From: Polyangiales bacterium
Lineage (GTDB): Bacteria > Myxococcota_A > Polyangia > Polyangiales > Ga0077539
Direction of reading: 5' to 3'
Assembly: GCA_044229975.1 (NCBI GenBank)
Contig: JBGARZ010000012.1
Span: 64,001-128,000, forward strand
Length of the DNA: 64,000 nucleotides
Part shown: positions 22,664 through 32,139 of the stretch, one piece after another
Layout: every line of letters begins with the position of its first letter
How positions within the stretch are numbered: position 1 is the stretch's first letter
Position numbers and translations under genes: made by a program
The notes under the pieces: generated by a model
The model's input: only the letters and a program-made list of their open reading frames with translations
What the model was told of the DNA's origin: nothing
Databases searched by the model: none

Positions 22664-24315
22664 CAGTCGAAGGTCGTGGAGAGCCCGGCGCCGAAGCCGC
22701 CGTTCTCGATGTTGCGGAGCTGGTACGAGCCGCGGGCGGCGATGGTGAACCAGTCGGTCGCGCGCCAGCCGATCTGCGCCACCACGCGAAACATCGGGTC
22801 GCCCGACGCGATGGACTGATTGAACACCTCCCCCTGCGCGAGCATCGGCAGCCGCGCATGGGGATGGAAGTTGAGCGCGAAGAAGGCCTTCTGCCCGACC
22901 TCCGTCAGCACGTCGCCGCCGAGCACCAGGTTGGTGCGCCGTTCGTACCCGATGCGGATGCGCGCCTGCGCTCCGCCGACCAGTCCCCCGCGGTGCACCC
23001 CCACCTGCCCCCGCGCGATGAGATGAACAAACTCCGACGGTGAAAACTCCAGCTCGTGATAGCCGTACGCCACCGTCGAGGGCATCGACTCCGCGTCGCT
23101 CGTGAGCCGCGACAACGGCAACCCCTCGCCGTTGAAGACACCAAAGCCCACGCGATATCCGTAGAGGGCGCGGGTCTGGAGGCGCTGGAGGAAATCCCCC
23201 TCCACCAGCACGAAGCGCTGCGCCACGAAGCGTGATCCGATGGTGCGTGATCCGACGTCGGCGTAGTCGGCGCGCAGGTCGATGCGGGTGCGTCCGCGCG
23301 GGTCGGGCGCATCACCGGGGCCGCGCTCGACCTCGACGCGCAGCGGGTGGTCGGCGCTTCCGAGGATGGGCATCGCGGCGCCTCCCTCCACGTCGACCTC
23401 GACGAAGTACTCGAAGCCGTCGAGGGTCACGAGCGACGCTGGGATCTCCGCGCGCAGGAAGTCGTCGCCGTCGCGCGTGAGGGTCTGCGTGGTGTAGCGC
23501 TCGGCGCCCGGTCGACGCGCCGACACCCGACCGCCGAGCACTGGGACACCCGTCACCTGCAACGCCACCCGCGCGGCGTCACCCAGGCGCAGCGTGTCGG
23601 CCATCGCACCGCGCGTGAGCGGATACGGCGACGCCTGCACCGGCAGCGGCGGCGCGGTCGGCGGCGCGGCGCGGAGGGCGTTGATCTCCGCGCGCACACG
23701 GTCGGCCCACGGGGAGGAGCGTTGGGTGTTGAGGTAGGCCGTCCAGCGCAGCGCGCGCTCTTCGGGCGGGCGACCGAGGGTCGAGAGGAAGGTGGTGAGC
23801 AGCGCGCGTTCTTCGCTGGAGACACCGGGCGCGGCGACGGCGGCGGTCGGATGCGCGGGCGTCGTGGCGGGGGGCGTAGGACCGGTGGCGGCGGCTGCGG
23901 TAGCGGCAGATGGTGTCGCCACGGCGACGGCACGCGCCGGTCTCGGCGGCGGCGGAAGTGCGTCGGGCGCGACGACCCGATCGCCCACCGCGGGCGGGCG
24001 CAGGAGCCCTTCGGAGTGGCGCAGCACCGTGAGCGAATCGCCCACGCTGTAGACCTGCACCGAGCCCAGCGGATAGCGGTCGCGCAGGCTCTGCCCGGTG
24101 ATGGGATGGCGCACCGTGAGCGGGCGCCACAGCGGGACGCGCTGGCCCTCGGTGAGCCCCGCGTCGCGCCCCAGGTCGACGACCAGCAGGTCGCGGTCGA
24201 CGCGGACGACGGTTCCTTCTCCGGGTGGTTGCGCGGGTGCTTGTTGGGCGGATGCGAAGCGGGTGACGGTCACCATCGCCGCAGCGAGGCACCGCCCCCA
24301 ACGGGTGCGTGTCAT
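22660..24315 (-). CDS. Secreted / outer-membrane beta-barrel-like hypothetical protein
   Basis: Signal peptide, VVDLGRDAGL N-terminal domain, Pro/Ala linker, C-terminal amphipathic strands ending in TTFDW. Confidence 0.65.
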   Translation of the reverse strand: MTRTRWGRCLAAAMVTVTRFASAQQAPAQPPGEGTVVRVDRDLLVVDLGRDAGLTEGQRVPLWRPLTVRHPITGQSLRDRYPLGSVQVYSVGDSLTVLRHSEGLLRPPAVGDRVVAPDALPPPPRPARAVAVATPSAATAAAATGPTPPATTPAHPTAAVAAPGVSSEERALLTTFLSTLGRPPEERALRWTAYLNTQRSSPWADRVRAEINALRAAPPTAPPLPVQASPYPLTRGAMADTLRLGDAARVALQVTGVPVLGGRVSARRPGAERYTTQTLTRDGDDFLRAEIPASLVTLDGFEYFVEVDVEGGAAMPILGSADHPLRVEVERGPGDAPDPRGRTRIDLRADYADVGSRTIGSRFVAQRFVLVEGDFLQRLQTRALYGYRVGFGVFNGEGLPLSRLTSDAESMPSTVAYGYHELEFSPSEFVHLIARGQVGVHRGGLVGGAQARIRIGYERRTNLVLGGDVLTEVGQKAFFALNFHPHARLPMLAQGEVFNQSIASGDPMFRVVAQIGWRATDWFTIAARGSYQLRNIENGGFGAGLSTTFDW

Positions 24316-24372
24316 CGAAGACCTCCACGGCGACGAAGTGCAGTCGTCGTGCCGCGGAGAGCGAGCGATGGG

Positions 24373-26007
24373 CTACGGCGTCAGGCAGCCCAGGTTGCGA
24401 TCCCAGAACTCGTTGGTGATGAGGTTGTCGGGATCGACCTGTTGCTTGATGGCGCGCAGCTCGCGCACACGATCGGCATACATGAGGTCGAGTTCGAGGG
24501 CGTCGGCCTCGACGGTCTTGGCCAGGTAGATGCGGCCCCCGAGGCGGGCGCACTCCACGGAGAGCTCGCGGTACATGTCCCGGGTGCACGCCCAGCGCTC
24601 GCCGTTGCGATCGAGGTACGCGACGGTGACCACCATCACGCGGTCGTCGCGGGTCGCCGAGAGCGGGTGCCGTCGCAGGTCTTGCGGGGCGAAGAGCAGG
24701 TCGACCAGCGCGGGGTAGTGGGCCTCGCGACGGACGCGCTCGTCGAGGCGACGGAGAAACTCCTGGGCGTTTTCGGGGGGCATGCAAAACGCCTGTTCGA
24801 CGGCGGTCATGCGCCAGCGGGGCGCGGCGAAGTTTCGCGCGCGCTGGTCGGCGTCCTGGAAGAACGTGAAGTCGTCGACGTCGTCGTAGGCCTGCGGGGT
24901 GCAACGGCTGAGGAGGAAGTTGACGTCCTGGAGAGACGCCTCGCCGCCCGGCTCGATAAAGCCGAACTCGCCGAACACGCGGATGAACCCGTCGCGCTGG
25001 TTGAGCAGGCCCGTGCGTTGTCCCGCCGCTTGGGGGAGGTACTTGAGGCGCGAGACCAGGCCGCGCATCGTGCGACCCGGATCACGGGCCCACCAGATGG
25101 TCCCGAAGATGCCGTCGATGATCGCCCCGTTGTCGTCCCCGACGCCGTGGCCGCAAACCACTGGCGGTTCCAACCGCGGGCGCTTGGAGTCGTCGCGCAG
25201 CTCCTGGAGAAACGTCCCCACGGCTTCGTTGTTGGCGACGGTGCGGCCGAGTTCGAGCACACGGGTCGTCGTCTCGATACAGATCGGCGTGCCCGGCGGT
25301 GCCACGCGGCGCAGCGCGTACTTCGCGCTCGTCACCACGCCGAGGTAGCCCTGCGCGCCAGGGACCGCGAGGAAGAGCTTGTGCTCCAGGCTGTCCGCGG
25401 CCTGGTTGGCGTGGCAGTCGTAGACGTGGCCGTCGACGCCGACGAGGGTGAACTGCTTGAGGTAGCGCTCCTCGCGGCCCCAGCGCGCGGCCATGCGCGA
25501 GAAGGTGTTGGCCGCCAGACTCCCGCCCACGCGGATGTACGACGCCGACGGCATGCAGTACGGCACGAGCCCGAGCGGGACGGTGTGGTCGAGCACCTGC
25601 TGCCAGGTGGCCCCGCCGCCCACGACGAGCATCGGCTCGCAGGGGTCGTCGGGGTACACCCACACCTGCTGGAACGATGGGTTGTCCAGCATGATGACCG
25701 TGTCGTCGTTGAGCGACTGCCGATCGAGCGCGGCCCCGCCGCCCCGGAAGGTCACCCGCCGCCCGTGGCGCGGCAGCTCGTGCAGGGTCTGCCGCAGGTC
25801 GTTGAGGTCGCGCGGGCGCACCACCGTCGACCGCGAGTAGTCCATGTTGTTGTACGACCAGAGGAGTTCGCGACACGACGGGTCGGCCTCGCGGCCGGCG
25901 TAACACCGCGGCGGCCGGTTGAGGGCCGGCACGCATGCCGCCGGGAGCGCGCCGAGTACGCCCAGCCAGCGCCGCCGCGACGGTGATTCGAGGTCAGTAG
26001 GCTTCAT
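24373..26007 (-). CDS. FAD-binding oxidoreductase (VAO/DprE1/ALO-like), probable Tat lipoprotein
   Basis: SRRRWLG Tat motif, PAAC lipobox, RGGG, VGGSLAAN, GAQGYLGVV, GGRIYLAK, VDPDNL. Confidence 0.8.
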   Translation of the reverse strand: MKPTDLESPSRRRWLGVLGALPAACVPALNRPPRCYAGREADPSCRELLWSYNNMDYSRSTVVRPRDLNDLRQTLHELPRHGRRVTFRGGGAALDRQSLNDDTVIMLDNPSFQQVWVYPDDPCEPMLVVGGGATWQQVLDHTVPLGLVPYCMPSASYIRVGGSLAANTFSRMAARWGREERYLKQFTLVGVDGHVYDCHANQAADSLEHKLFLAVPGAQGYLGVVTSAKYALRRVAPPGTPICIETTTRVLELGRTVANNEAVGTFLQELRDDSKRPRLEPPVVCGHGVGDDNGAIIDGIFGTIWWARDPGRTMRGLVSRLKYLPQAAGQRTGLLNQRDGFIRVFGEFGFIEPGGEASLQDVNFLLSRCTPQAYDDVDDFTFFQDADQRARNFAAPRWRMTAVEQAFCMPPENAQEFLRRLDERVRREAHYPALVDLLFAPQDLRRHPLSATRDDRVMVVTVAYLDRNGERWACTRDMYRELSVECARLGGRIYLAKTVEADALELDLMYADRVRELRAIKQQVDPDNLITNEFWDRNLGCLTP

Positions 26008-27454
26008 TGGAGTGGGGTCTCCCTTCGACGGGAAGTGGCGCGCTCCCGGCGTCGGCGGGCGGCGCGCTGGCGGGCGGCGCGCCCGCGTCGGCCTGGTCGA
26101 GGCACGCACGGTCGGGAACCACCGGGGCGCCCATGAAGGGACAGCCGCGGCGCTCAGACTCGCGGGCCATGCGCTCGCCCGCCGGGGTACACGGGCAGGC
26201 GTCGCGTACGTCGGGCACGCGGTCGTGGTCGTGGTCCGCGTCGGGGCAGCCGTCGTCGTCGTCGAGGTTGTTGCGGTCTTCGGCGAGCGTGGGGCACTGG
26301 TCGGCCGGGAAGCGCAGGTTGTCGTGGTCGGGGTCGTCGTACTCGTCGGGGCAGCCGTGGGTGACGGCCGGACCCGGGACACCGAGACACCGATCGGCGT
26401 TGTCGCCCACGCCGTCGTGGTCTTCGTCGTTGGGGGGCTGCCACTGCACGCCGACGGTGACGCGGTAGTTGCCCTCGAAGAAGCCGCCGACGCCCCACGA
26501 TCCGCCCGCGGTGACGGTGAAGCTCCCGAAGCGGCGCTGCGAGCCGAAGCCGAACTCCATGGAGGCGGGCGCGCCGAAGGGGTCTCTGCCGTCGAGCGAG
26601 GCGACGAAGGTGAAGTACGGCGAGCCGATGGAGTTCTCGGTGAGGAACGTGAGGATGGTGCCGAGGTCGGCGAGGATGTGGACGGCCTTGTGGATGCCAC
26701 CGAGCGCGCCGAGGAGCGCGCCGATGGGGTGCCGAACGCCCACGGACACGAACAGACGATCACGCAGGGCGAGCGCTGGGAGGGACATGGCAGCGGGCGT
26801 GCGGAAGAAGACGTCCTGCGCGGGCCAGTCGTCGAAGCCGGTGAGGTACCCCGCGGAGAACACCGCCCCGTAGCGAAACGAGCGCACCTCGAAGGTCGCG
26901 TCGAGCCGCACCGTGGGCGCCGCGTGGCCTGTGAATGGGACGTTCGCGGTCGGCGCGGTGCCCGCGAGCGACAGCGCGAAGCCGACGTCCCAGTTGTGCG
27001 AGCACTCCCCCTGGCCGCAGAACCTGGTCTGGTCGAGGGTCGGGCCGAGCGTGCTCGCCATCGACCGCGGGGCCCAGCGCAGCAGGGCGCGCACGTCCCC
27101 GAGGCCCCCGGACGTCTGCTCCACCCCGAAGGTGGACTGGTACCCCACCACCGGGATCTGTATCCCGAGCGCGACGTGCGCGGGAAAACCCAACTGCGCG
27201 CTGAAGGTCTGGAGGAAGCGCCCGCTGACGCGGTTTCTCACCGGATCGTCGAGCCACTCCAGGAAGAGGCCGACGTTCACCTGGCCCGCCCCAGGCACCG
27301 CGGTCCCCTCGATGACGGGCATCGACGACGGGTCGAGGGAGAGCGTCGGCACCCACAGGGCGCCCTGCCGCTTCAAGCGCTCCGTCTGCGCCGCGGCCCC
27401 CGATGACGCCAGCGCCAGCGCCAGCGCGACCCGCACCGCGACCCGCGCGTTCAC
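25994..27454 (-). CDS. Outer-membrane protein with thrombospondin type-3 Ca-binding repeats
   Basis: Signal peptide; DEDHDGVGDNADRC, DDDGCPDADHDHDRVPD repeats; no OmpA domain follows. Confidence 0.7.
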   Translation of the reverse strand: MNARVAVRVALALALASSGAAAQTERLKRQGALWVPTLSLDPSSMPVIEGTAVPGAGQVNVGLFLEWLDDPVRNRVSGRFLQTFSAQLGFPAHVALGIQIPVVGYQSTFGVEQTSGGLGDVRALLRWAPRSMASTLGPTLDQTRFCGQGECSHNWDVGFALSLAGTAPTANVPFTGHAAPTVRLDATFEVRSFRYGAVFSAGYLTGFDDWPAQDVFFRTPAAMSLPALALRDRLFVSVGVRHPIGALLGALGGIHKAVHILADLGTILTFLTENSIGSPYFTFVASLDGRDPFGAPASMEFGFGSQRRFGSFTVTAGGSWGVGGFFEGNYRVTVGVQWQPPNDEDHDGVGDNADRCLGVPGPAVTHGCPDEYDDPDHDNLRFPADQCPTLAEDRNNLDDDDGCPDADHDHDRVPDVRDACPCTPAGERMARESERRGCPFMGAPVVPDRACLDQADAGAPPASAPPADAGSAPLPVEGRPHSNEAY

Positions 27455-30400
27455 AACGCCACCGGCGCCAGCATCGAGGCCATGCGCCCGGCGTTCACCA
27501 CGCCCTCGCTGGTCATCACCGCGTCCGCCGCCGCGACCGCCGCCGCGTCACCATCCAGCGAAGCGCGCAGCCGCCTCGCCACCGTCGCATGCACCCGCAT
27601 CTCCGCCGCATCCAGCAGCCGCGCCGACCGCGCCGCCGCGTCCGACGCCGCCGCGCGCTCGCCCCGCAGCGACGCCACGCCCGCCCGCAGCAGCGACGCC
27701 AGACCGTCGCCCCACAGTGACTTCTCGCGCTCGCACCGGGCCGCGTCGGAGGCCGCCACGCGGGCGTACCACCACCGCGCCGAGGCGCTGTCCGCCGCGA
27801 GCGCCGCCGCGAGCGCCGCCCTTCCCCGCAGGTAGCGCATCTGGATGCGAAACGCCTGCACCTGCAACAGCAGCGAGCGCTCCAGGGCCCACCAGCGATC
27901 GTCGAGCGCGCGCCACGCCTCGGCCCCGCGGCCCTCGTACAGCGCGACCTCCACGGTCTCGTGCAGCTCGACGAGGTGCACCGAGTGGAAGCCCGCCTGC
28001 GACCAGTCCTTCGCGCGCCGCAGTCCGCGCTTCGCCCGCGCCGGGTCGTCTGCCGCGAGGCCCGCCACGCACTCGAAGCGAATCGACGCGAGCGTCTCGG
28101 TGTAGCGGTCGCCGCGCTCGCGGGCGTCGGCGAGCATGTGGGGCAGCTCGGCCAGCAGCGCCGACCAGTCGCCGAGGTAGTAGCGCGCGTCGAGGCGGAA
28201 GATCATCGCGGTGCTGCGCTCCCACGCGACGCCGCTGCACCGCTGGTCGATGACCTCGAAGGCCCGCCCGAAGGCCGCGGCGGCGAGGGCCCAGCGCCCG
28301 GCGCCCCAGCTCGACACGCCCTCCATCACCTCGACCAGCGCGAGCGCGTCGGGGTTGTCGATGCGCTCGGCGAGGCCGCGGGCGTCGCGGAGCATGCGGG
28401 CCGCGTGGGCGCGCGAACCGGGGCCCGCCATCGCGTGGAAGCCCGCCTCCATGGACAGCGCCTGCGAGAGCCGCGCAGGCTCGCCCAGGTCGAGCGCGAG
28501 CAGGAGGCTGAGCGAGTGCAGGCTCGCGGCGCGCGCCACGTCGATGACCGAGATGCCCGCGGCGACCGACCAGCACGCGTCGAAGCGGGCGAGCCGCGCG
28601 GGGTCGCAGTCGGCGGCGCTGCGAGGAGTGAAGGACGTCCCGCGGGCGACGACGCGGGCGCGGTGGGTGACGAGGGAGACGAGGCTGCGGGCGGTGGTCG
28701 ACGGCAGCGCGACGCCCACCGCGTCGAGCACGCGCGTGGCGACGGCGATGCCCTCGTCGATGTAGCCCGAGCGCAGGAGCTGCTCGGCGGCGTGGCGCTC
28801 GCGGTCGACGCGCTCGTCGGCGGGAGCGCCCTCGGCGGCGGCGAGCCACGCCTCGGCGGAGTCTCTCCCGCGGCCCGCGTCGGAGAGCGCGAGGGCGAGG
28901 TCGCGCTGCAACGCGCGGTGCTCGGCGGCGGCGTGGCGACCGAGAGCGAGCGCCTGGCGGTAGAGCCGCGCGGCGTGGTCGAAGGCGAGGGCGTCGGAGG
29001 CGCGTCGCGCCGCGAGGGCGGCGAAGTGGGCGGCGCGGTCGGTGGCGCCCGCGGCGAGGTGGTGGGTGTAGAGCACCTCGGGCTCGGGGTCGCGCTCGGA
29101 CTCCCACGCGAGCGCGAGGCGGGCGTGGGCGGCGCGGACGTCGGCGGCGGAGAGGCCCGCGGTGATGGCCTCGCGGATGCGGTCGTGGAAGGTGATGAGC
29201 AGCGCGCCGTCCTCGCCGAGGGAGCGCACGAGGCTGCCCGAGCGGAGCACCGAGAGGGAGGCATACGCGCCCGCGGCGCCGACCGCACGGAAGGCGACGG
29301 AGGTGGGCAGCGCACCACCCGCGAGAGCGACCACCTCGACGAGCCGGCGAGCCGACTCGGGGACGCGGGCGACGCGGGCGCGCACCACGTCGTCGAGGGA
29401 GAGGCGCGGGGCGAGCGGCCCGGCTTCGTGGAGGTGGCGGCCGAGCTCCATGATGAAGAAGGGGTTGCCGAGCGACTCCTCCGCGACGCGGCGCGCGGCC
29501 TCGGGGTCATCGCGCCCGAGGCTGAGGGTGGCGAGGGCGCTGCACGCGGCGGCGGGGAGGGCAGCGAGGTCGAGCGCGCGGGCGTCGAGACCAAGCGGAT
29601 CGTCGAGGAGCATCCGCACGCAGGGGTTGGTGGCGCGGCCCTCCGGGCGATACGACACGATGAGCTGCAGCGTGCGCAGAGCGCCCGGGCGGAGGAGCTC
29701 GCGGAGGAGCTCGGCGCTGTCGGCGTCGGCCCAGTGGAGGTCGTCGATGGCGATGACCACCGGGCGCTCGGCGGCGACCCGTTGGATGAGCGCGCGCAGC
29801 CCCGCGGCGGCGGCGCGGCGGATCTCCCACGGGTCGATGGCGATGGACCCGGAGCGGAAGCGCGCGGGCACGAGGCCCGGCACCGACGCGAGGCTGGGGA
29901 AGAGCCGGGTGATGGTGGTGGCGGCCTGGGAGAGCGCGGCGTCGACGGTGTCGGGGTTGTCGCGGAGGCGGGCGGAGAGTTCTTCGATGACGCCTTCGAG
30001 GGCGTTGTAGGGGACGGACTCGCGCTCGTAGCAGCGGCCGCTCAGTACGAGGGCGCTGCGGTCGGCGTGGAGGGCCGAGAGGTGCTGCTGCACGAGCGCG
30101 CTCTTGCCGATGCCCGACGGGCCCGAGACGGTGACGAGCGCGGGGGTTCCGCGCGCGGCGACGGCGAAGGAGGCGCTGAGGGCGGCGACCTCGGGCTCGC
30201 GGCCGAGGAGGCCGGGCGCCGCGGGGCGGGGACGAGCGGGGGGTGGCGCGACGCCGTGGCCGAGGGCGCGCAGCACGTCGGCGCCGGTGGGTCGCGCGGC
30301 GGGCTCGGACGCGAGGAGCGCGGCGCAGAGAGCGGAGAGGTCGGCGGGCGCTTCGGGCGCGTAGAGGCGCGGGTCGGGCGGGGCGGCGAAGTTCTTGCGG

Positions 30401-31137
30401 AAGGCCACCTGGAGGGCGCGGCCCTCGAAGGGGAGCTGCCCCGTGAGCAGCTCGAACACCGTCGCGCCGAAGCTGTACCAGTCGCTCGCGGCGTCGAGGG
30501 GCATCCCGAGGAGCTGCTCGGGGGACATGTACCCCATGGTGCCGAGGCCGAGGCCGTCGTTGGGCGGGGCGTCGGGCGTGAGGTCCATGACCAGCCCGAA
30601 GTCGAGCACCACGGCGCGGCCCTCCGCGGTGACCATCACGTTGGAGGGCTTGATGTCACGGTGCAGGCGCCCCTCGGCGTGCAGCGCCGCGATGGCCTCG
30701 GCGACCTGCACCAGCACCCCGCGGAGGCGACCGAGGTCGACGGCGGGCGGGTGCTCGGACGCGCGGCGGACGATACGCGGGTCGAAGCCCGAGTCGGTGG
30801 GCGAGACGTCGGTGGTCGCGCGCTCGGAGGCGAGGCCCGCGGCGGCGCGGGACACGGCGCCGTGGCTGAAGCGCAACAGGTCGACGCCGTCGATGAACTC
30901 CATGGTGATGCACCAGTCCGTGCCGTCGGACACGAGCTCGTGCAGGGTCACGAGGTTGGGGTGCACCACGTCGGCGAGGGAGCGAAACTCCCGCTTGAGC
31001 ATCCGCATGTGGGCGGACGACGCGCGGCGCATCACCTTCACGGCGACGTGTTCGTTGCGCAGGCGGTCGAAGGCGTAGAAGACGTCGCCGTAGCCGCCCG
31101 ACCCGAGCAGCGTCTCGAAGTCGAAGCGCTCGGCCAT
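27451..31137 (-). CDS. Ser/Thr protein kinase fused to AAA ATPase and helical-repeat region
   Basis: LGSGGYG, VAVK, HRDIKPSN, DFG, YMSPE; Walker A GPSGIGKS and DDLHWAD; alternative ATG at 31167. Confidence 0.9.
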   Translation of the reverse strand: MAERFDFETLLGSGGYGDVFYAFDRLRNEHVAVKVMRRASSAHMRMLKREFRSLADVVHPNLVTLHELVSDGTDWCITMEFIDGVDLLRFSHGAVSRAAAGLASERATTDVSPTDSGFDPRIVRRASEHPPAVDLGRLRGVLVQVAEAIAALHAEGRLHRDIKPSNVMVTAEGRAVVLDFGLVMDLTPDAPPNDGLGLGTMGYMSPEQLLGMPLDAASDWYSFGATVFELLTGQLPFEGRALQVAFRKNFAAPPDPRLYAPEAPADLSALCAALLASEPAARPTGADVLRALGHGVAPPPARPRPAAPGLLGREPEVAALSASFAVAARGTPALVTVSGPSGIGKSALVQQHLSALHADRSALVLSGRCYERESVPYNALEGVIEELSARLRDNPDTVDAALSQAATTITRLFPSLASVPGLVPARFRSGSIAIDPWEIRRAAAAGLRALIQRVAAERPVVIAIDDLHWADADSAELLRELLRPGALRTLQLIVSYRPEGRATNPCVRMLLDDPLGLDARALDLAALPAAACSALATLSLGRDDPEAARRVAEESLGNPFFIMELGRHLHEAGPLAPRLSLDDVVRARVARVPESARRLVEVVALAGGALPTSVAFRAVGAAGAYASLSVLRSGSLVRSLGEDGALLITFHDRIREAITAGLSAADVRAAHARLALAWESERDPEPEVLYTHHLAAGATDRAAHFAALAARRASDALAFDHAARLYRQALALGRHAAAEHRALQRDLALALSDAGRGRDSAEAWLAAAEGAPADERVDRERHAAEQLLRSGYIDEGIAVATRVLDAVGVALPSTTARSLVSLVTHRARVVARGTSFTPRSAADCDPARLARFDACWSVAAGISVIDVARAASLHSLSLLLALDLGEPARLSQALSMEAGFHAMAGPGSRAHAARMLRDARGLAERIDNPDALALVEVMEGVSSWGAGRWALAAAAFGRAFEVIDQRCSGVAWERSTAMIFRLDARYYLGDWSALLAELPHMLADARERGDRYTETLASIRFECVAGLAADDPARAKRGLRRAKDWSQAGFHSVHLVELHETVEVALYEGRGAEAWRALDDRWWALERSLLLQVQAFRIQMRYLRGRAALAAALAADSASARWWYARVAASDAARCEREKSLWGDGLASLLRAGVASLRGERAAASDAAARSARLLDAAEMRVHATVARRLRASLDGDAAAVAAADAVMTSEGVVNAGRMASMLAPVAL

Positions 31138-31232
31138 CGGTGGTTTGGGTCTGACCCGCCCTGGCATGGGGGCCGACTCTACATGAAGCGCCCCGTCGAT
31201 CGGTGCCTTCGGGCGGGTATCATCGCCGCGCC

Positions 31233-31817
31233 GTGAAGCTCTCCCGCCTGCTCGAACTCGGTCGCGTCGTGCGGGTCGTCGGCTTCGATGACGCACCCTT
31301 CCGCAAGGTGCGCGGCGCCTCCGTCGACCTCATCGGCGCGGTGTGTTCGGACACCCGCTTCGAGGGCATGCTCTGCGGCCGCGCCCGCCGCGACGGCTGG
31401 AACGCCACCGACGCCATCGCCTCGCTCCTGTGCGGGAGCAAGTACCGCGATCAGGTGCGCGTGGTGCTGCTCGACGGCATCGCCGTGGGCGGCTTCAACG
31501 TCATCGACCTGCCCGCCCTGCACGAGCGCACCGGCCTTCCGTGCGTGGCCGTGATGCGCCGCGCGCCCGACCTCGCCGCCGTGCACCGCGCCATCGGTCT
31601 GCTGCCCGACCCCGCGCGTCGGTTGCGGGTGCTCGCGCGAGCGGGGGAGATCCACCAGCGCGACGGCTTCGTCTTCCAGGTGCAGGGCGAGGAGCCCGAC
31701 GTGACGGCCCGGTTGCTCGCGCGCTTCACCCGGGAGGGCCGTGTGCCCGAGGCGCTGCGCATCGCCCACCTCGTCGGCTCGGCCGTGAAGCTCGGCGAGA
31801 GCGGGCGCGGGGTGTGA
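31233..31817 (+). CDS. DUF99 family protein (endonuclease V-like fold)
   Basis: VVGFDDAPF, DGWNAT, LLDGIAVGGFNVID, PEALRIAHL. Confidence 0.85.
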   Translation: MKLSRLLELGRVVRVVGFDDAPFRKVRGASVDLIGAVCSDTRFEGMLCGRARRDGWNATDAIASLLCGSKYRDQVRVVLLDGIAVGGFNVIDLPALHERTGLPCVAVMRRAPDLAAVHRAIGLLPDPARRLRVLARAGEIHQRDGFVFQVQGEEPDVTARLLARFTREGRVPEALRIAHLVGSAVKLGESGRGV

Positions 31818-31846
31818 GCCACTGGACCCATCAATGGCCTCCCGCC

Positions 31847-32078
31847 GCGCCGGAGTTCGCGGGACCCCATCGCAGGTGCGTGCAGTCGCTCACTCCGGGC
31901 TATTTCACGTGGTCACCTCGCTGCGCGAGGTTGCAGCACCGGGTACCGCGAGCAACCCATCCACCACTCAATGGGCAACCATGAGTTCGTGCAACCTCGC
32001 GCAGCGAGGTGACCACGTGAAATAGCCCGGAGTGAGCGACTGCACGCACCTGCGATGGGGTCCCGCGAACTCCGGCGC
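31847..32078. repeat. Long inverted repeat (REPIN/MITE-like), family B: 89-bp perfect arms, 54-bp spacer
   Basis: 31847-31935 is the exact reverse complement of 31990-32078; internal hairpins CCGGAGT...ACTCCGG and ACCTCGC..GCGAGGT. Confidence 0.92.
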
Positions 32079-32139
32079 ACCGCGGACGACGCCACCGGCC
32101 TTGACCCCTCCGTCTCTCTCGTCTCTCCATCCCCACCCG

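Noticed and set aside
20979..22859. 907-aa ORF apparently extending the LysR gene
   Set aside because: The upstream part is Arg/Gly-rich off-frame translation over two other real genes; LysR starts at 20978.
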